DNA from: Bacteroidetes bacterium GWA2_31_9
Lineage (GTDB): Bacteria > Bacteroidota > Bacteroidia > Bacteroidales > GWF2-33-38
Assembly: GCA_001768975.1 (NCBI GenBank)
Contig: MEND01000230.1
Location: forward strand, 13,311 to 46,645
Length of the DNA stretch: 33,335 nucleotides
Direction of reading: 5' to 3'
Numbering within the stretch: position 1 is the stretch's first letter; each line of letters opens with the position of its first letter. The translations under genes and the position numbers were made by a program. Below are positions 28,383 through 33,335 of the stretch, piece after piece. The notes under the pieces are model-generated. The model was not told the origin of the DNA. It saw only the letters and a list, made by a program, of their open reading frames with translations, and searched no databases.

Positions 28383-31088
28383 TTATTTAAACAATCCATT
28401 CAATTTTTTCTTTGCTTCTTCTTTAGCTTTGTCTTCGGCATCTTTTTTGGCTTTTGCAGCAGCTGCTTCTGCTTCTCGCTTCAATCTGTCGGCTTCGGCT
28501 TTTGCTTTTGCTTCGGCATCGGATTTCAACTTATTGGCTTTGGCTTCTGCATCTGCTTTTAGCTTATCGGCTTGTTCTTTTGCTTTACGCTCAAGTTCAG
28601 CTTTTTGCTTATCTAATTCAGCTTTAGCTTTGTCTTTTAAATCGTCAACTGCATTGCTTGCCTGATCTTTTAAATCGAGTTTAACGGTTGGATTGCTTGA
28701 AGTTCCGCCAATTAAAGCATTAATATCAATTACTTCTGAAGGGTTTATTGCTAATCCAGTTTTACTGCTTACCTGACCAAATAAATCATTAACTACTTCA
28801 TTTGCAGCACCGCCAAGCTCACTTCTAGGGATTTTTAATTTTATTTTGAAATCAAGATTTTGATCTAAATCCATAAATCCACCAATATTTGCAACACTTT
28901 TTGAAAATTTAGTATCGAATGGTTCAACTGAAATTTTCCCGTCTTTAATGCTGAATTTCAAATTAATATCATTCAATGCCAGCTTTTTAAACTGATCTGC
29001 TTTTAATTGCTCGGCTAGTTTATCAAACATTTTTGAATTTGTAATTACTATACTTTTTGTAGCCAAAATTCCTTGACTTTGAAGCGAATTCATAACAGGC
29101 GACATTTCTTTATTGAGCAATGAACTTAAAGTAAACTCAGCAGAAAAAATTCCTGTACAATGCTCCCCAACTGGAGCTATCTTTTGTATAGTATTAAATG
29201 CTGCATAAGTTTTTTGAATATCAAAACCTGTCATTTTTATATTGAAATCAATATTTGGTTTACTAAGGTCTTTGGTGTCGTATTTTCCGCTCAAATTAAT
29301 TTGACCATCGAGTAAATTCATGCTTAATCCTGATAAATCAACAACTCCATCTTTAATTAGAATTAAACCTGATGTATTGGTAATGTCAAGTTTATCGTAA
29401 AGGATTTTTGCAATTTTTGACTGCAATGTAAAGTCCAGATTTTTTGGAACTTCAATTACCGACATTGGAGTTACTTCGGCTGGAGTTGTTGGTGTAGCAG
29501 CAGTTTCATCGTCTGACATAAATTCGTTAAGGTCGAGATATGACGAATTGAAATTAAAATTCCCTTTAAGTAATTCATCTTTAAAGGTGTATGCAAGATA
29601 ATTTTCGATTTTTCCTGTAAGTTCGATATTGCTTTTGCCAATTTCAGAACTAAAGGTTTGTAATTCCAAGTATTGTGGAGTAAAATTCAATAACGCATCA
29701 ACAATTGTAACCCCGTAAGCCAAATCGTTGCTACTGTATTTAAAATTAGTAAGGTGCATGTTTCCAACCGCATTAAACTCTTCGTATTTTTCCTGCTCAA
29801 TCGACGACATTTTTCCTTTAAGCGAAATATCGGCGGTTACTTGTCCGTCCATTGTCATACTATCAAGTGGAACAATGTCTTTTAAAGTTGCAAAGTCAAT
29901 TTTTCCTGTAATTTTTCCGTTGATATCGGCATCGCTTACTGGAGTTTTAATCAACATGCTTATATCTATTGGATTCGATGCAAATTCGATATGAAACTTC
30001 TTAATATCCACAACTGTATGGTCGGTAACTCCATCAGGGTTATTAATGTCGATGTCGATATTTATATTGTCTGCTGATTTTGGAAGGTCGGGATATTTAA
30101 ACATTGCATTTCCGATTTGCAATTTTACACCAAATGCAGGCAATGACGTTTCGTTGTAAATTCCTTTTGCAAAACCATTAAGTGCAAGCGTACCAGATGT
30201 TTTTACCGACTCAAAATCGGTCATGTAAACGGCAGGAACTAATGATAAAATATTTTTAAACTCCGTTTTTTTTGCATCGAATTTTAAATCCATGCTTATA
30301 TCGTCGGTTGGCATTGATACAAAGCCATCTAAGCCAAGTTCAAGTTCGTTTAACTTAAAGCTATTGTTTGTGAATGTGTATTTCGAATCTTTCAAATTTG
30401 CTTCGAGGTCGGCAATAATTTCGATTTTTGTTTTGTTCAAATATTTTATACCGGTAAACACAACATCAATAGCATCCATTGTTGTAACTGTTTTAATATT
30501 AGTTACATCTTGCGTAAAATCACCACTAAGCGAAAAGTTGAAATTTTGAATTTTAGAATTCAAATCCATTGATTTATCGTTGTAAACAATATTTGCAGAA
30601 ACTATTTCAAAAGTTTTTAACGACATTTTGAATTTTGTTGGCTCCGAAGATGCTGTACTTGTGTCGGCTGCCTCGTCTGATTCTTTTGCTATATCCCAGT
30701 TTGCTTTGCCATTGGCTAAAACTTTTGCATTGATATTTGGACTGATTAACGAAATACCATTGATTTTGATTTCATCGCCAAAAACACTCATAATATCGAT
30801 GCTCAATTGAAGCGATTCGAGATTAATCAATGTGTCGTTAACAAAAGTATCGAGCCCAACGGTAGTAAGCTTGTTAAGCTCAAACCTTAAATCGGGAAAC
30901 GAACTAAAAACTGTAAGGTCGTAAGATTGAAACTCAACTGTGGCATTAACATTATTATTAATTTGCTCAACAACAATATCTCTCACTTTGTCTTTAAAAA
31001 TAAAAGGAACAGAGATTACAAAAGCAACTAATAAAATAATAACAACAAAAAACCAAACCAAAAATTTAACTATCTTTTTCATATTCAA
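28383..31088 (-). CDS. AsmA-family protein with C-terminal Ala/Lys/Glu-rich coiled coil
   Basis: N-terminal TM anchor, G.ANWDI motif, long beta-rich body, GGT..NP.V near the C-terminus. Confidence 0.88.
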   Translation of the reverse strand: MNMKKIVKFLVWFFVVIILLVAFVISVPFIFKDKVRDIVVEQINNNVNATVEFQSYDLTVFSSFPDLRFELNKLTTVGLDTFVNDTLINLESLQLSIDIMSVFGDEIKINGISLISPNINAKVLANGKANWDIAKESDEAADTSTASSEPTKFKMSLKTFEIVSANIVYNDKSMDLNSKIQNFNFSLSGDFTQDVTNIKTVTTMDAIDVVFTGIKYLNKTKIEIIADLEANLKDSKYTFTNNSFKLNELELGLDGFVSMPTDDISMDLKFDAKKTEFKNILSLVPAVYMTDFESVKTSGTLALNGFAKGIYNETSLPAFGVKLQIGNAMFKYPDLPKSADNINIDIDINNPDGVTDHTVVDIKKFHIEFASNPIDISMLIKTPVSDADINGKITGKIDFATLKDIVPLDSMTMDGQVTADISLKGKMSSIEQEKYEEFNAVGNMHLTNFKYSSNDLAYGVTIVDALLNFTPQYLELQTFSSEIGKSNIELTGKIENYLAYTFKDELLKGNFNFNSSYLDLNEFMSDDETAATPTTPAEVTPMSVIEVPKNLDFTLQSKIAKILYDKLDITNTSGLILIKDGVVDLSGLSMNLLDGQINLSGKYDTKDLSKPNIDFNIKMTGFDIQKTYAAFNTIQKIAPVGEHCTGIFSAEFTLSSLLNKEMSPVMNSLQSQGILATKSIVITNSKMFDKLAEQLKADQFKKLALNDINLKFSIKDGKISVEPFDTKFSKSVANIGGFMDLDQNLDFKIKLKIPRSELGGAANEVVNDLFGQVSSKTGLAINPSEVIDINALIGGTSSNPTVKLDLKDQASNAVDDLKDKAKAELDKQKAELERKAKEQADKLKADAEAKANKLKSDAEAKAKAEADRLKREAEAAAAKAKKDAEDKAKEEAKKKLNGLFK

Positions 31089-31221
31089 TATGTTTTAAAA
31101 ATAATACTGAGCAATTTAATATATGTAAAAATATAAATTTAACTGACTTTGTGGTACAGTTATTAATAATTTGTTAGTAAGTTGATTGGGTTATTTAACT
31201 CTACTGTATAAATATGCTTGT

Positions 31222-31272
31222 TCATCTGAGGCTCTGCCTCAGATGATATTATCTTTACAGGTTGAACCTGTA
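31222..31272. repeat. Pair of palindromes (REP-like)
   Basis: TCATCTGAGGC-TCT-GCCTCAGATGA (11-bp stem) and TACAGGTT-G-AACCTGTA. Confidence 0.65.
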
Positions 31273-31419
31273 TTCATAATTTCGAAAGAAGTCAGTACCT
31301 CTGCCAGCAAGTATTTTTTTGTTTAAGGAGCTTGTGATAATGGTAGATTTGGAGAGGAGAGGAGAGAAAGAACAGTTGTCAGACTTGTTCATTTATTTAT
31401 TTATTTATTTATTCCAATA

Positions 31420-32508
31420 CTAATTTATTCGTTGTTTAATTTTCATTAATCTTGTAAAAAGCCTATTTATCTGGGAAGTATGCTTTTCAAATTTTAATGG
31501 TTGATTATTTATTATTGTTTGTAAATCTTTTTCAGTAAGATTTAAATAATTTAAAACATTTTGATAGTTTTCTGGTAAAGATGTAATGTCATCATTTGAA
31601 TATAATTCTAATGCTTTTTCTCTTGAAATTTCGTCTCGTCTAATCATATTGCTATATTGACATAGCCTTCTCTCGTAACCATATATTTTATTTCTCACAT
31701 AATTTGTTAGTGGTTCTGCAATGCAATCAAAATGTTTTGAATATTCTTTACTTTTATCTTCTTTCCAATCTAATTCCTTTGCAATAATTTCTCCCATTTC
31801 TTTGTCAGTTGGATTCTTGATATAAAACAATGGTTTAACTTCTTTAGCCATTTTTCCTAACTTTTTATTAATTGATAATAGAAAAAGATTGAGATTTGGA
31901 TAAATTAAAAAATCATTTATTTCTTTTTTTGTCAAATCTGTATATTTTCTTAATATGTATTTAAATCTAACAATATCTTGTATATTATCTGGAACAAAAG
32001 AATCTTCTTCTAATGGAGATGTACCATAAAGAATAATTGGACAAGAATAATTTTTTGCTACCTTTATGATATTGGCCTTTGTCCCTATATCACAAGCACC
32101 ACAAATGTCCCCTGAATATAAAAGTGTATTTCTATAAATCTTTTTTTGAACTTCTTTATCTGGTTTACAAAAAACATGTTTTACTTTTGTAATTTCAATG
32201 GCTCTTTGTATATTTTCTAATGCTATTGGACTAAATAATCCATTATCATATGTCATTGCTACTACATTTAGATTATAAACATTTACCGCTAAATGAAGGA
32301 TATAAGTACTGTCCTTACCTCCGCTTAATGGGACTAACGCATCATATTTAGTTGCTTTATTTTTTGCGTTTTGCAATATATTTAAAAATTGATTTTCACC
32401 TATTGGTTTATATTTTTTTTGTACTACACACAAGGAACATGCTCCGTCCTCATTGAAAGAAATTCCTGGATATTTGTCATTTATAATACATTTACTACAA
32501 ATTTTCAT
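31420..32508 (-). CDS. N-acetyl sugar amidotransferase-like PP-loop ATPase (WbpG/PseA-like)
   Basis: N-terminal C..C...P.I.F...G.C..C; PP-loop YDALVPLSGGKDS; C..C; IR...ISRE.AL. Confidence 0.8.
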   Translation of the reverse strand: MKICSKCIINDKYPGISFNEDGACSLCVVQKKYKPIGENQFLNILQNAKNKATKYDALVPLSGGKDSTYILHLAVNVYNLNVVAMTYDNGLFSPIALENIQRAIEITKVKHVFCKPDKEVQKKIYRNTLLYSGDICGACDIGTKANIIKVAKNYSCPIILYGTSPLEEDSFVPDNIQDIVRFKYILRKYTDLTKKEINDFLIYPNLNLFLLSINKKLGKMAKEVKPLFYIKNPTDKEMGEIIAKELDWKEDKSKEYSKHFDCIAEPLTNYVRNKIYGYERRLCQYSNMIRRDEISREKALELYSNDDITSLPENYQNVLNYLNLTEKDLQTIINNQPLKFEKHTSQINRLFTRLMKIKQRIN

Positions 32509-32689
32509 TTTATCAAGTTTTAAGTTTTTTTCAAAAAATTAGTATTGAGATTTTTATTGCAAATTTCATGGAACTGAATGGTAACTAGTTACTAAAAGTA
32601 ACTGCCGATTTATTTTACTATTTTACAATCAATTGCTATTCGTTTTTAATTGAGTTTAAATGTTTACAAACGTTTACACTCATATTTTG

Positions 32690-32697
32690 CAAAACTA
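32690..32697 (-). promoter_or_regulatory. Putative -7 promoter motif TAGTTTTG
   Basis: TAnnTTTG match on the minus strand about 180 nt upstream of the amidotransferase. Confidence 0.35.
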
Positions 32698-33154
32698 ACA
32701 AAACTTTGTACCATAAAAATATAACAAAGTTTAAAACAAACAAAATTAATTCATTCTGTGTAAGTAAATTTAGGCAATACAATACTTATTAATTTTGTAC
32801 CCTCAGTTTGTAAATAATTGCAAGCGTTTCACCGCTTTAATAAATGATATAATTTTTTGAAGTCTGGCATATATAAAGAGTTTTAACCCAATATATATAA
32901 GTTAGATATATAATATAATTAGTAAAATTTCAAATTGAACTTATCAAAATTTGAAAAAAAATGGCTCTTAAAGTTAATATGAAAGTTAGTTTTTTTATTG
33001 ACGAATGTAGCGTATTACTTGACTAAAATTTCATTTAGACAATAATTACACTAATTTTCACTAATTGCACTCTGTCTCATATGATTAGATGAACCTGCAA
33101 TTATAAAAATCAAACGAAGGCAGTGATTCAACCGAGCTGAAAAGTTTACAAATG

Positions 33155-33335
33155 TTAAGCTTTTCTAACAAATTCAGATTTTAATGCCATTGCACCAAAA
33201 CCATCAATTTTACAATCAATATTATGGTCGCCTTCGACTAAACGAATGTTTCTAACTTTGGTGCCAGCTTTTATAGGTCCGGCGGCTCCTTTTACGGGTA
33301 AGTTTTTAATAACTATAACCGAATCGCCATCTTGC
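33155..33335 (-). CDS. phnA: PhnA/YjdM-family protein, C-terminal part (5' end lies beyond the window)
   Basis: Manual translation [59 protein letters not shown] matches the PhnA/YjdM C-terminal domain. Confidence 0.92.
   Translation of the reverse strand, partial: QDGDSVIVIKNLPVKGAAGPIKAGTKVRNIRLVEGDHNIDCKIDGFGAMALKSEFVRKA

Noticed and set aside
2087-30810. The many short ORFs (about 60-113 aa) nested in or antisense to long genes, e.g. 4664-4987, 12067-12408, 27988-28323, 28429-28665
   Set aside because: They overlap well-supported genes and show no recognisable motifs; 28429-28665 is the antisense shadow of the A/K/E repeat
31351-31413. (GGAGA)3 and (ATTT)5 simple repeats
   Set aside because: They lie downstream of a gene rather than in a promoter or CDS, so there is no support for phase variation
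32660-32684. TGTAAACGTTTGTA LacI-like operator and a 15-codon minus-strand ORF
   Set aside because: Imperfect palindrome, no regulator nearby, and the peptide has no leader-peptide features
1-33335. CRISPR array, tRNA, rRNA, IS element or prophage
   Set aside because: No regularly spaced repeats, structural RNA signatures, transposase or phage genes seen; intergenic gaps are short

Overview
AT-rich bacterial chromosomal window, most likely Bacteroidota (probably Bacteroidales). The assignment rests on T9SS C-terminal sorting domains, a PorE-like protein, a PafA-type phosphatase, a BatA-domain protein and TAnnTTTG promoter motifs. Housekeeping and envelope genes dominate: aroQ, xerD, argS, an AsmA-family protein, an MFS transporter and a thioredoxin-like protein. 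Small accessory inserts sit among them: an MNT-HEPN toxin-antitoxin pair, an ABC-ATPase plus TOPRIM-like pair (candidate anti-phage system), T9SS cargo including a GH31, and an orphan N-acetyl-sugar amidotransferase. The most unusual block is 19.9-23.0 kb. It has an ECF-type promoter motif, a WecA/MraY-family gene, a stand-alone protein resembling only the N-terminal domain of glutamine synthetase, an unannotated 46-aa membrane peptide, an ECF sigma factor, and an anti-sigma-like protein ending in a T9SS-CTD-like domain. Several intergenic gaps hold different REP-like palindromic elements. No rRNA, tRNA, CRISPR array or transposase was recognised. All family calls come from motif recognition by eye, not database searches.
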